Below, piece after piece: positions 1 to 12,949 of a DNA stretch of 64,000 nucleotides (position 1 is its first letter; each line of letters begins with the position of its first letter). The notes beneath the pieces are model-generated. The model was not told where the DNA came from, made no database searches, and saw only the letters and a program-made list of their open reading frames with translations. The position numbers and the translations under genes are program-made. The stretch is from Scyliorhinus canicula (Eukaryota), in NCBI RefSeq assembly GCF_902713615.1, contig NC_052151.1, positions 157,189,050 through 157,253,049 on the forward strand, in the 5' to 3' direction.

Positions 1-151
1 CCGATAGCGCACCCATGCCCTTGGGTTTCCCGACGGCATGGGGTGGCCCAATGGGAAACCCCATTGGCCAGTTGCGGGACTACAGATTCACGCTGCCCGT
101 GGGGACGCACCACACAGGAAAACGCGAATAGCGGACCCGAGAATCCCGCCC
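1..151. mobile_element. Right end of PIF/Harbinger-type non-autonomous element, truncated by window edge
   Basis: Ends in GAGAATCCCGCCC, the same terminal repeat as the elements at 605-2055 and 1146-1801. Confidence 0.65.
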
Positions 152-432
152 ACAATCTATCGAGCTGGGGCTTCCACTTATGCCAGAGAGCATAACTAGA
201 ACCCATAAATATAGATAATCACCAAGAAATCCAACAGGGAATTCAGAATAAATTCTCTATCGCAGGGAGTGGTTAAAATAAACAGTATAGATCGGGGAAG
301 CTAGACAAGCATACAAGGGGGAAGAGAATAGAGAGCTAATAATGATAGATTTAGATGAAGAAAGATGGGAGGAGGCTTGGGTGGAGCATCAATGCCAGCA
401 TGGATGGCCTGTTTCCATACTGTATATCTAAT
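152..432 (+). mobile_element. Degraded CR1 LINE 3' end
   Basis: Resembles the CR1 ORF2 C-terminus and tail (agggaattcag...ggatggcctgtttccatactgtatatcta). Confidence 0.5.
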
Positions 433-604
433 GTCATATAACTAATATATAATTTTCCAGTCAAAAAATAGTGGGGAAGTAATCTGCTTTCAAGCCCCTT
501 ATAACACAATTTGGCATCGGATGTTCCTTTGAGAAGTACTTAGTCAGTCAGGACTCCCTCATGACAACAGAGGCATGATCAGAAATTTGCCAGGTAGGAA
601 TCAT

Positions 605-2055
605 GGGCAGAATTCGCCATTTCTGTGACGAAGTGCTGCACCTGGACCGATTCCGCAACCGTTGAGGGGCTAACACCGGTGCCCCGTGAAGCACAGTCAG
701 TTCCCATGAAAAGCGGTGCGGGATTGGCCGGGTCCATGATTGATACTCGGGAGGCTGACAAGCTGCAGCTGCTCTCTCCCCACACAAACACTTCACGAAG
801 CCAAAAAGATGGGACTGGTTGTGCTGGAGTGTGCCCATACAGCTGATGGGTGCGCTAGGGCCAGAAGGCACCCAAGGGGGTGCCCCGGAGGATACACCTA
901 TACGACCCCTGGCACTAGATATAAAGTGGGCTGTTAGCGGTGTGCACAGCTGCATGCTGACTTGCTGGCCGCGGCAATGGTGCTCCATGTCCGTCCACTC
1001 CGACCCCACAGCCCACCTCCTGACCACCCTCCACTACTCCCCCCGGCACTGGCAGAAGCCCCTCCTGCCTGTGGCACAAACTATGTCGATATTGGGCACT
1101 GTCCACATGCCCTCTCTCTTCCTCAGCAGCCACACCGGGTTCATGGGGCGAGATTCTCCGCAAATGCGGAGAATCGTAAAGGCTACCGTCGACAGGCCGT
1201 GACCCACCGCAGCCTTCACGCCCACTTCCGGGCCGATTCTCCCCCACGGGCGAGGCTAGAAGCACAGCCCCGTGCGTCATGGCGGCACGGCCTTGACGAC
1301 GGTCGTCAAGGCCGCACGTCAAGCATCACGCCGGCTGACGCGGCCAATGACGTCGGCCGCGCATGCGCAGGTTGGACAACGCCAACCCGCGCATGCGCAG
1401 TTGCCGTCTTTTCCCTCAGCCGCCCCGCAAGTCGTGGCAGCTTGATCTTGCAGGGCGGCGGATGGAAAAGAGTGCATCCGTTACGGACGCACGGCCCGCA
1501 ATCTGTGGACACCGATCGCGGGCCTATGCCCCCCTTGGCACGGCCATGGTACTGCCGTGCCAATCGGGCCCCCAGATGCCCCAAACGGGCATCTGGCGCC
1601 CGTTTCACGATGGCAGCGAACAGGTGTGTTTGCTGCCATGTTGAAACGGGCGTGAAGGCCCGGCCGCTCGACCCAACGGCGAGCGGCAATTCGTGGCGTG
1701 GGTTGGGCGTGGGGGGGGGGGGATAGCGGGAGGGCATGAAAAATGTCGGGAGGCCCTCCTGTTATTCTCCCCCCCGGCGTGGGGGGCGGAGAATCGCACC
1801 CATGTGTTTGAAAGCACAAGTAAACCATGCTGTCAGGAACTCAGCCAATCGGAGGTGAAGAATCGCGGGTGGATCCACTAATGATATGTAAATGGTATTT
1901 AAAGTACTCACTGAGGAAAGCGCAATGACACTGTTTTTGAGGTGATGAAGAATCAAGATTTGGCTTCAAACTGGCGCCTGCTGCGATTTGGCATCGGAAG
2001 CTATTCTCCGATCACACTCCCCGATTTTGGGATCGGCTAACGGAGAATCCCGCCC
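605..2055. mobile_element. PIF/Harbinger-type non-autonomous DNA transposon, 3-bp TSD CAT
   Basis: TIRs GGGCAGAATTCGCC (605) and GGAGAATCCCGCCC (ends 2055); CAT at 602-604 and 2056-2058; left end resembles the Myb-encoding element at 56845. Confidence 0.8.
1146..1801. mobile_element. Harbinger-type MITE nested in the 605-2055 element, TSD ATG
   Basis: TIRs GGGCGAGATTCTCCGC / GCGGAGAATCGCACCC; ATG at 1143-1145 and 1802-1804; inverted homolog at 53889-54535. Confidence 0.85.
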
Positions 2056-2649
2056 CATATCTATACTGTAATGATGGAGACTAACACGCTCAGACGCTGT
2101 GAAACAGGAGACCTTCCCGATGTTCTGGTGGTGGTCATTGGTCGGGCAAATTACTTGATAATAATATGAAATTTGTATAGTTAAAGGGAGATTTAATAAA
2201 GATGTAGGGTTTTGGTTGAGTAAGTAGTGAGAGACTGATATTTGAAAAGAGATTCAACAGTGAATCTGAAAGGGTATTGGATAAATACTTGGAAATAATA
2301 GAACAATTGCACAGCTATGGGCATCAAACAGATAAGTGGGATCAGTTGCTCTTTTAAAGATCTAGCATACGCACAATGGGCCAAATAGCCTCCTTCTGTG
2401 CTGTATCATTCTATGATTCTGGTACTTTCTACATTTCTTACTTGGAATATGGTTTGCTACTGAAGGGTCACAATTTTACATAAGAGTCCTAGAAGCAGAA
2501 CAAATATTAGTTTCTGAGCACACTTTTGGATAACAAACTACCTGTTTATCATGAATGGTGTTTGTTCTACTGTAACTACCAGCTGCAGACTATTTATTAC
2601 CTGCTTGGAGCTGCATAGAGCTCTCAAACATCAATTACATGGTTGACTT

Positions 2650-3420
2650 ATACAACAACAACAATTTGCATTTATTTAGCATTTTTAATGTTGGAAAACA
2701 CCCCAAAGCACTCCACAGAAGTGTAATCGTGTAATTTGGCACTGAGCCAATGAAGGAAGTGTTAGGAGAGGTGATTCGAACTTGATCAAAGAGGTAGATG
2801 TCAAGGAGACTCTAAAAGGTGCACAGAGGTGAAGAGATGGAAAGATTTAGGGAAAAAATGACAGCATTTGAGGTATATTCAGCTGAAGGTACATGTGCCA
2901 ACAGTGAGTGAAGACAATGTAGGAGACTAGAGTTGGAGCAATGTGGACTTTTGTAAATCTACAGGAGATTACAGAAGTAGGGAGGGACAAGGCAGGGACG
3001 AGGCTGTGAATGAGGATTGTAATTTTGAGGTGTTGGTAGAGTGGGAGCTAATGTAGGTCAGCAAGTACTAGGGTAATGAATAAGTGGGGCTTGATCGATG
3101 TTTGAGTGTGGGCAGCAGAGTTTTGAATGGCCTCAAGGTGATGGAAGAAGGGAGACTGGCCAGGAGAGCATTGGTCTGGAGGTTACAAAAGGTCTGGGTT
3201 TAGCATTATGGCAGGGAGGAACCAGGTGAAAAATTTGGCCAGATGGGCAAAGAGAAAGGAGGATGCAGAAGAATTGATAGTCTCAATGCTATTGACAAAG
3301 AAACCCTTAAGTGTTGTTGGATGCGTGATTGGTGGGGAAAGCAAGAGTGATATTAGAGAGATGATGGAAGAATAGAAGTGAGGGGTTATCTTTGCATACC
3401 ATGATGATACTGGAATAATT
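2650..3420 (-). mobile_element. Old degraded L2-like LINE remnant
   Basis: Starts with an (ACA)n/atttgcatttatttagc L2-type tail read in reverse, followed by a purine-rich decayed body. Confidence 0.4.
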
Positions 3421-3435
3421 AAAGAACAATAACAA

Positions 3436-3762
3436 GGGCAGCATGGTGGTTAGCATAAATGCTTCACAGCTCCAGGGTCCCAGGTTCAATTCCCGGCTGG
3501 GTCACTGTCTGTGCGGAGTCTGCACGTCCTCCCCGTGTGTGCGTGGGTTTCCTCCGGGTGCTCCGGTTTCCTCCCACAGTCCAAAGATGTGCGGGTTAGG
3601 TGGATTGGCCATGCTAAATTGCCCTTAGTGTCCTTAAAAGTAAGGTTAAGGGGGGGGTTGTTGGGTTACGGGTATAGGGTGGATACGTGGGTTTGACTAG
3701 GGTGATCATTGCTCGGCACAACATTGAGGGCCGAAGGGCCTGTTCTGTGCTGTACTGTTCTA
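3436..3762 (+). mobile_element. tRNA-derived V-SINE (HE1-like) with CR1-type tail
   Basis: Pol III B box GGTTCAATTCCC, V core (gcgtgggtttcctccgggtgctccggtttcctcccacagtccaaaga), tail gggccgaagggcctgttctgtgctgta. Confidence 0.9.
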
Positions 3763-4791
3763 AAAAAAATAAGACCCAATAACATTTTGATGTTGTTCGA
3801 CCAGATCTGTGGTGAATGCCACCTTTTAAATAAGACATTAAAGTGAGTCCACATCAGTCTTCACAGTTGATTGTCAAACAACGTAGGCAGTACTCTGAAG
3901 AAGAGCAAGGAGTATTCCCCTGTGCCTGGATGATCCCTCAAGCGACAGCACTGAAATAGATTATCTGGTCATTATCACATTCCTGTTGTTGGGGTTTCCC
4001 ATTTGCAAATTAGTTGCCGTTACAACCATAGAATTCCTGCAGTGCATAAGCTGGCCTTTTGGCCCATTGATCATGCACCGACCTTCTGAAATAGCACCCT
4101 ACCAAGGCCCATCCCTGCCCCATCCCATAACCCCACCTATCTGCACATTTCAGACCTAACAGTGATTACATTTCAAAAAAAACGATTTTAAACGACTGTA
4201 TTTTGCATTTTGAGGTGTCCTGATGGTTGGAAACGTGCTACGTAAAAGCAAATCTTCCTTTCTTCTTTTTAAAACATTTTAACGTTAGGGGAGAGCCACC
4301 AGGCCGGTTAGCAAAGGTTCAAAGAAAAAAGGTTAAGATGAAAGTTCCAAGCCACTTTGGTGTAGATTTTCATCTTTAGTGGAAGAAAACCAGGTGGATC
4401 CTGTTACAGTCACATATTCCTTCCTGTCCATTTTTCATGTATTCATGCTGCTGAGGCAATGCTTGAAGTCAGACAGTAAAAATGCAGATCTACCCATTTA
4501 AATTAGTTGTGGTTCTATCTGTGAGTGTCAAATTGAAGCAGTGTGATGCTCACTCCTGGAGGTGGTCTCAAGTACTATCAGTATGAGTCAATGAGTTCAC
4601 ACTCACACTACACAAAGCAAATTTTGTCAATGTGAAGACAAGGACATTTTGCATCAACATTGGCCTTTGCCCATACGACTAATACCAAGTAAATCGAAGG
4701 CTCACACATATTGAATTAGAAATAAAGTTAGTGAACAAGAACAAACAAAGAGGAATACTGGAATAAGTAAACACCTGTGCAAAGGACTCAC

Positions 4792-4840
4792 CATTTCATT
4801 TGTCTTTTTTTGTGGCTTCTTTGTTGTAATTTGCAAATAA
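4792..4840 (-). CDS. DCDC2-family gene, coding exon following the first DCX domain (D-YLQITTKKPQKKTNEM)
   Basis: Acceptor ttatttttcctcag, 49 nt, donor ATG|gtgagt. Phase fits the upstream exon (GA|T = Asp), giving FKTLDYLQI, which matches the family FKxLxY motif. Confidence 0.88.
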
Positions 4841-5244
4841 CTGAGGAAAAATAAGATTATTAATAAGATTAAACGGCATGGCAAATTTAATGAAGTTGAA
4901 ACCAGCAACAGTTATGAACCAATTTCACAAGTCTTGGTCATGTTTAATATTTATTGTAGAAAAAGATCAGGTCTTTTCAATTATATTTACTTGGAATTTT
5001 TATATGTTGTACTTCTGTCACTAAACACGTAAATTATAATGATTTCACTTTCTGAATTACTCCAGATTAAGGACCTTTTTATTCTGCACTTTGCATTCAC
5101 ATAACCAGACCAACTGCACAATTAACCTATTTCCAGGAAACACCAGCCAACAAAACATTCCAATACATTGTATTTTGACCAACAAAACAAGGTCATATAT
5201 TTCCCTTAAACCTCCTTCATAAAATCTTTTTCATAAAATAGTTT

Positions 5245-7922
5245 GACAAAAATTTGCAGCAGCGCTGGCCCCGCATTTTGGGGGATGTTCAACGACTCAC
5301 TGTCAAAGGGGGCCCAAAAAGGACAAAGACCTGTCAGAGTGTGGAGCATACAGACCTGTCCCTTTCTTAAACACTGATGCAAAAGTCCTCGTGAAAGCGA
5401 GGCGCCTGGAGAGCTGACTGCCAGAAATGATTGTGGAAGATCAGATCGAGTTTGTTAAGGGCAGACAACTATCAGTGAACATCTGCCTGGCTGAACGTAA
5501 TAGTGACCCATCCGGGGAGAGGACATCAGAGGTGATCGTCTCCCTGGACACTGAGAAAGCCTTCAATCAAGTAGAATGGAGGTACTTGAATTGTTTGGGT
5601 TTGGAGCAGGGTTCACTTTGTGGGTGAACCTCCTGTACAGTGCCCATCCGGTGAGCATACGAACGACACCAACTCCAAATGCTTTCTACTGCACAGGAGA
5701 ATGAGGCGTAGCCCGTTAACCCCGCTCTTGTTCACACTGGCAGTTGAACCACTGGCTATCGCCCTTAAATCAGCGGGGTTATGGAGGGGCAGATGGGCAT
5801 TCAGAGAGTGGACAGGCAGCATAGTGTCTCGCTCTATGTGGATGACCTGCTCCTCTATATGTTGAACCCCCTAGCCAACATGGGAAAGATAACTGGACTC
5901 CTGAGGGAGCTCACTGCCTTCTCAAGTTATAAACTCAACCCGGGAAAGAGGGAAATCTTCCCGGTGAGCTCTTGAGAGGGAAGAGTGGAGCTGGAAGAGC
6001 TACCGTTTAAAGTGACCCAAATCGGCAAGAACGAGGCATTCCCGGTGAACCCGAAAGGGGGAGGGATAGATCTGGAGAGACTACCATTCAAACTATCCCA
6101 AAACAAATTCCTCTACCTGGGGATCCACATAGCCCATGTCCAGATAGCCCATGACTGGACACAGATCCACAAGTGGAATCTGACCAGTCTGGCGGAGGAA
6201 GTAAAAAAGGACCGACTGAGATGGGATTAATTCCTGGTTTCCCTGGCGGGGAGAGTGCTGACGATCAAAATGAATGGACTGCCGAGTTTCCTCTTCCTGT
6301 TGAGACCCATATCAATCTTCATTGCCAAGGCCTAACTCCACAAAGTAGACAAAATTATTGTGTTGTTTGTGTGTGTGGGGGGTAAGAATCAGAGGATCAC
6401 TAAGTCAACTCTGTAAAGGAGGAAAAACATGGGTGGTCTAATCTAGCCTTGCCAAATCTACAGTACTACCACTGGGCAGCCACAGCCGTGAGGGTGGGGG
6501 GATGGATACAAGAACCAAATATGCAATGGGTGAGACTGAAGGTGTCCTCCTGCAAAGGAACGACCTTCTAAGCCCTCGCCACGGCAGTGCTTCCGTCCCC
6601 CCCTATCAATGTAGGCAGCCAGTCTAGTGGTGGTAGCCACATTGAAGACGTGGAACTAAATGAGGCTGCATTTCCGGTCTAATCGGGGACACCTTTAAAT
6701 AATGGAGACAGGATGGGGGGGGAACGCTCGTGGTTAGGGACCTTTTACATCGGGGACAGACTCCCGACCTTGGACGAGCTGACGGAGGACCTGGTCTGCT
6801 GATGGGACAGGAGCTCAGGACCTCCAAATGAAACACTTTCTCCGCAAGGAGATGGCAAGGGCTCCGAGAGACACAATACTAGTGGAACTAATTAACACGG
6901 ACAGTAAGGAGGGGGGAACTGTGGAAACAAAAACGAACAGTTGCTGGAGAGGGCAATGAAGCTAGATGGAAATGGGAGGTTAATTGGGGACGGAAGTGAG
7001 TTGGGGATCCTGTAGTGAAGCACTGAGGACCTCCTCCTGCACAAGGCTAAGCCTCATCCAGTTTAAAGTGGTGCACAGAGCCCACCTGACTAGAACCTGA
7101 ATGAGCAGGTTCATCCCAGAGGTGGAGGACAAATATAAAAGCTGCCAGAGAGGCCCGGCCAACCACACCCACATGTTCTGGGCCTGCCAGATTTGTCGGG
7201 TTCTGGACAGGGTTCTTCGAGGTGATGTCCAGGGTTGTGGGGTTGAGGATGGAGCCGTGCCAGGAGTGGCAGTCTTCGGGGTATTGGACTAGCTAGATCT
7301 TCATATGGGGAAGTGGCCGATGCCCTGGCTTTTGCTTTCCTGATCGCCCGCTGAAGAATCGTGCTCGGCTGGCGATCAGCAGCACCACGACAGCTGCAGG
7401 CCGGCTGGCAGACCTGTCGGAATTTCTCCACCTGGAGAAGATCAAGTACACCATCCGAGGGTCGGACGAGGGCTTCCACAAAGCGTGGGGTCTGTTAATC
7501 AGCCTGTTCCAAGATCTGTTCGTGGCTAACAGCGACTAGGAAGAGAGGGGTGGAAGAGAGAGAGGAAGTCAAGGGAAGGCACACACAAAAGAAAGGGGCA
7601 GAGAGGGAAGGGGAGGGAATGGAACTGAAGGGAAGCACAAAACGAAGCACGGGGACAAGGGGAGGAGGGGAAGGGTCAAAGAGACCCCCCACCCCTCCCA
7701 AAAATAAAAACTAAAAGCCCCAGCAGAAAGAAGCGGAGCATAACACACCACATCCAGGGCAAAAGGCAACACAAGAGGGAACTAAACTACCAACGAGGGA
7801 AAGGGAGGGGGGACCTCATGTAAAAATCATTGTAAATAAGACACAACATTGTTTGTAAATACCAGATGAATTGAGCTGTTACTCTGTAAAAACTGGAAAA
7901 CACCAATAAAAATATATTTTTT
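5245..7922 (+). mobile_element. Degraded L1-clade LINE, ORF2 RT through 3' UTR
   Basis: Fragments SLDTEKAFNQVEWRYL, PLTPLLFTLAVEPLA, VSLYVDDLLLY, CQRGPANHTHMFWAC; AATAAA near 7905; many stops and frameshifts. Confidence 0.9.
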
Positions 7923-9300
7923 TTAAAGTAAAGTGACCCAAACCACGTTCAGGTATCAGGGGATCCAAGTGGTCCACACCTGGACAATGGTCCACAAATA
8001 GAACCTCTCCAGCCTGGTGAAGGAGGGAAGAGGGACCTGCAGAGATGGGACTCACTCCCTCTTTCACTGGCGGGAAGGGTACAAGCGGTCAAAATGAACG
8101 TGCTGCCTAGGTTCTTCTTCATATTCAGATCACGCCCAATCTTCACCTCATATCCTTCTTCACCAGGGTTGACAAACTAATCATGGCCTTGGTGTGAAGG
8201 GGAAGAGTCCCTGGGATACGCAAGACCATCTTACAGCGAGGACGACACGTGGGAGGTCTAGCCATACTGAATCCCCTATTCCAACACTGGGTGGTAAACA
8301 CGGAGAGGGTTAGCGGATGGCTAAGGGAACCAGAGGCGGATTGGGTCCGAATGGAGCAGGCCTCCTGCATGGGGATGTCTCTCCGAGCGCTGGCCACTGC
8401 ACCACTCTCGGCACACACACATACACACACACTTCAGGAACCCGGTGGTTGTGGTCACACTAAAGACATGGAAGCAGTTCAGGCTCCATTTCAAGCTTGA
8501 CAAGATACCCATAGAGGCCCACATCTGCAACATTGGTTCACACCGGCAAGGATAGACGGCATATTTGGGACGTGGAGGGAGGTCAGAGGATCACTGAAAG
8601 TGAAGGACATGTACCTGTACGATAGACCGGCGACCCTGGGGGAAATCTCAGAGAGGCTCCAACTCCCGAAAGGGAATGAGCTCAGATACCTGCAGTTGCA
8701 CAGCTCTCTACAAGGAGACAAACACGTTCGCCCAGAGAGCCGGACACACATTTAGGGGCACAATGGTAGGGCTCGACTGGTTTGGGGACAACAAATGTGA
8801 CGACATTTATGGATGACTCAACAAAAAGGTCAAGACCCCTCTGGACGAGACCAGATGGAAATGGAAGGAGGAGCTGGGCATGGAGATGGGGTGGGGTGGG
8901 GGGGTGGGGGGGGGGGGGGTGAACTCAGGATCGGTGCGCTGCATAAGATCAACTCCACCTCCTCCTACATAGGGTTAAGTCTGATGCAGCTCAAGGTCGT
9001 GCACAGAGCGCACCTTACCAAGACACACATGAATGTGCCGGAGGTGGAGGATAGGTGATAGCGGTGTCAGGGGGGCCCAACCAACCACACCAACATGTTC
9101 TGGTCATGCCCCAGACTCCGGGAATTCTGGATGGCCTTTTTCGAGTTCTTTGCCCAGAGTGCTGGGGGTCGACGTGGAGCTGTCCCCATCTATGGCAGTC
9201 TTTGGAATGTCAGAGCATCCAGAGCTCTAGACAGGGAAGGGAGCTGACGGCCTGGCCTTTGCCTCACTGATCGCTAGGCTAGAAGTCGACAGCCCATATA
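7923..9300 (+). mobile_element. Second degraded L1-clade ORF2 fragment
   Basis: Motifs KMNVLPRFFFIF, GGLAILN, QLKVVHRAHLT; homologous to 6200-7400. Confidence 0.85.
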
Positions 9301-9422
9301 CAAAAGAATTCATTAACATGCCTGGTTATGAACTGAGTCTTTGATCAAACAAAAAATGGCTCTTTCCCAATTAACAGGTCGTATTACCTAACCAATAGTT
9401 TGCAGAATTTGTCAGTTCGACA

Positions 9423-9737
9423 AATAATAATAATAATCTTTATTATTGTCACAAGTAGGCTTACATTAACACTGCAATGAAGTTACTGTGAAAAGCCCCT
9501 AGTCCCCACACTCAGGCGCCTGTTTGGGTGCACTGAGGGAGAATTCAGAATATCCAATTCACCTAACAGCACGTCATTCGGGACTTGTGGGAGGAAACCG
9601 GAGCACCTGGAGGAAACCCACGCAGACACGGGGAGATCGTGCAGACTCTGCACAGACAGTGACCCAAGCGGGAATTGAACCCGGGACCTGCAGCTGTGAA
9701 GCAGCAGTGCTGACCACAATGCTACCGTGGTGCCCCC
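9423..9737 (-). mobile_element. V-SINE with (ATT)n-type tail
   Basis: tRNA-like head, V core and tail ...gtaagcctacttgtgacaataataaagattatt. Confidence 0.9.
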
Positions 9738-9903
9738 ATTTGTCATTCTAGCAAAATAACTCGAAATAAAACTGCAACTGTTCAACACCTTGTCAATCGT
9801 GATGTAATGCAATAAGGATTATCAGGCTTATATAATACCAACTAAGCTTGTCTAGACATCTTGCTATACCACAACAGGATCAAAGGTACAATATGGTACT
9901 CAC

Positions 9904-10190
9904 TCCAGGGTTTTAAACTTTTCCACTCCCGCCGCTACATAGCTAGCTCCGTTTTCCAGATCATCCAGATCCAAGACTCTGTGTCCTTGCTTAGGGGTGT
10001 AGATGTTCCTGACAGCTCCAAAGGGTGCGTTGATGCCCTTGGTTACCTGGTTAAGGAAAGTGTCAAAGGTGGAGACTTGTTTGTTGATGAGAAACCTTCT
10101 GCCAGTGAAGAACGGATCTCCATTTCGGTAAACTATTACACTCTTAGCTGGCGGTAGCTGAAGGGGAGCTCCTCTTGATGCTGTGGCCAT
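9904..10190 (-). CDS. DCDC2-family doublecortin-domain protein, exon encoding the first DCX domain (closest to DCDC2C/DCDC2 from recall)
   Basis: MATASRGAPLQLPPAKSVIVYRNGDPFFTGRRFLINKQVSTFDTFLNQVTKGINAPFGAVRNIYTPKQGHRVLDLDDLENGASYVAAGVEKFKTL; donor GA|gtgagt at 9903; candidate acceptor ttttaaag|GGA just before the ATG. Confidence 0.93.
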
Positions 10191-12057
10191 TCCCTTTAAA
10201 AGTAACAACAACAATCATAACAAATGAGACTGGAAATGTCAGCAGTCACTTTTGTTCACAGTCACTGAGTTTAGTGCAGACCGTCAAGGTTTAATGTTCT
10301 CCAGAAGGTCCCACTGTCAAATTGTGTGGAACACAAAGCCAATCAGCTTGTTTGTCTGCTACCTCAGGTTCAACCTCACGACAACAACTAAAGGTAGAAA
10401 TCATTCAACCACAAAAAAAACCTCTGACTTGGGGGGGAAAATATGTAACCTTGAAATAAAACAACACAAAACTACTTAGGTTAAGAAACAGTTCCAGGAC
10501 ACATTAGGTCGAGTTAATGATTGCACATCAAATATCAATTCAAAGCATTGCATTTGAATACTTATTGTAGTATTAAAACAAAAAGCAATAACGAATAGAA
10601 AAACCACCTTTCAGAAATGCTCATAAACACAAACTCCACATATTCTGCATATTTTAGTCAGCTGTTTGCTTAGGTGTACCTCAGCAATATAGCTTTCACA
10701 TTACAACAACTTACATTTATATAGTGTCTTCAACATAGTGAACCACACAAGACAGCCCCAGTGAGAGACCTTTGCAGGTTGGAAGGAAAATAGCTCAACA
10801 AGAGATTTAAGTAGAGAGTTTCAGAACGTAAGGTCGCGGTCAATGGTTGGATGGTGAAGAGTCAGGCTATGTGTGGCGAGGGAATGTGTACGAGATTAGA
10901 GTCAAGAGAGTAGAGCGCACACACTGGCCCATAGGACTGGAGAAGGTAATGAAGGATAAATCAGGCAGAATTTACAAATAATATATTGGAGAGCTGGGAG
11001 CCGATGGAGTTCAGCAAGGATAGACGTATAAGGTGAGCTTGGTTGTGTACGGGTTCAATTTGGAAAAATTGGACTTTATACAGACTGCAGCGAGTGAAGT
11101 CTAGAGTGAAAGGAAAGTGGCTGTGTGGGCCCAAGTATATGCAGGGAAGTTTTGAAAATGGTACATTTGAAACCACATTTTGCCTTAATAAATAGATGGT
11201 TGTAATTAAACCTTTGTGAGTTTCCTTTTCAGCTGTGAGATCAGTTAATCACCAAGCCGGAACATAAAATAATCATCAGGTGAAACACCAAAATATATGA
11301 ACAAAGAACTCCTTCGCTCCAAAAGTACAATCAGAAATATGAGATGCTGGAACAATATCATTTTAAATTATCATAAAGGGTCAGCCACCCCAAAGAGACT
11401 CCGGAATATGGCGACTAGGGGCTTTTCACAGTAACTTCATTTGAAGCCTACTTGTGACAATAAGCAATTTTAATTTTCATTTCATTAGGAGCACCTAACA
11501 AGGCTGCAACACATCAAGAATCACGTTGCAAGGCAGAAATATACAGGTTTGGCAAACCTTATACGGTTTACATATTGTCATAAATTTTAAAATAACAAGC
11601 TGAGAGCACCTTCAAACATATTACAGCAAATTTTTAATCTTGCTTAACTGGCCATGCAAGGATACGAAGGAGTTCTCGTTGACAGTATGCCAGGTCTTAA
11701 TGTTGGACAGAGGTCGACAGTGGATAATGTACTCAGCGGTTTGATGAGACAGTTCACCTTAACTTTTCTCAGCCAATTTGAACTGTATGGATGTGATGCA
11801 CCTAAGTAATGTTGGAAAGAAATTTCTGACCAGATTCTTGCAATATAAATGTGCCTTAATGTTTTTTTTAAGTGAACAATTTCTCTCTTTCATGAGGTGA
11901 CCTTGCGGATGACCATGGAACTGAGGTGATATTCTCCTGCTGTTCTCTATTGCCCACAAAGCTATGCTGAACTCTTGGAAGGCATTCTACTGCCTCAGTG
12001 ACACCCATCTCAAATCATCATTTTCCTTGCCAAAGCAGGCAGGACAATACATATGAA

Positions 12058-12488
12058 AAAGCAAATTACTGCGGATGCTGAAATCTGAAACAAAAACAGA
12101 AAATGCTGGACAATCTCAGCAGGTCTGACACCATCTGTGGAGAGAGAAGGGAGCTAGTGTTTTGAGTCTGGTTGACTTTTATCTCACAGCGCCAGGGTCC
12201 CAGGTTCGATCTTTGGCTTGAGTCACTGTCTGTGCAGAGCCTGCATGGGTTTCCTCCGGGTGCTCCGGTTTCCTCCCACAAGTCCTGAAAGACGTGCTGT
12301 TAGGTGAATTGGCCATTCTGAATTCTCCCTCTGTGTACCCAAACATGGGCCGGAGTGTGGCGACTGGGGGATTTTCACAGTAACTTCATTGTAAGTGTTA
12401 ATATCAGCCTACTTGTGACGATAATAAAGATTATTATTAGATGCTGTCAGAGTTGCTGAGATTGGCCAGTATTTTCTGGTTTTGTTTG
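12058..12488. mobile_element. Palindromic Penelope-end-derived repeat interrupted by a 5'-truncated V-SINE (about 12181-12439)
   Basis: aaaatgctggacaatctcagcaggtctgacaccatct and its inverted copy agatgctgtcagagttgctgagattggccagtatttt flank the SINE; the same motif ends the Penelope element at 16210-16250. Confidence 0.65.
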
Positions 12489-12949
12489 AGGACAATCGCA
12501 TCTCCTTAGATTTCAGCCATGGTTTTAGTTATAAAGTCATACAGATTTACAGCACAGAAAGAGGCCCTTTGGCCCAATGTGTTTGCGCCAGATGGATCTG
12601 CGTCTGCATGGATGAATGAATCGTCCATGTGGTTACATGAATGTGCTATTTCTGAATACTGACCCTGCACTCAACTGGAGCATATTTTTTACAAGATTGC
12701 TGAGCTACATTCATTTATTTGAAAATAAACAATAAAATGACACAAAAGAGGGAAGTTAATGGCTCAGACTTTGGCACTTGCTGTTCCTTACATTTACACT
12801 AGCTCACTGACACACTGACTTTCTATGGACTGGGTTTTGTAGTTATTAGCCATACAAATCAGCATGGCATCCCCTGCAGGAGATTAGGGATCTGTGTGAA
12901 CAGGGAAAAGCAATAGTGTGTTTCATTAACCAATCATATTGAAGAATCC

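Noticed and set aside
962-1737. Long overlapping ORFs (254 aa, 143 aa), also at 53872-54537
   Set aside because: By-products of GC-rich MITE sequence; no protein motifs.
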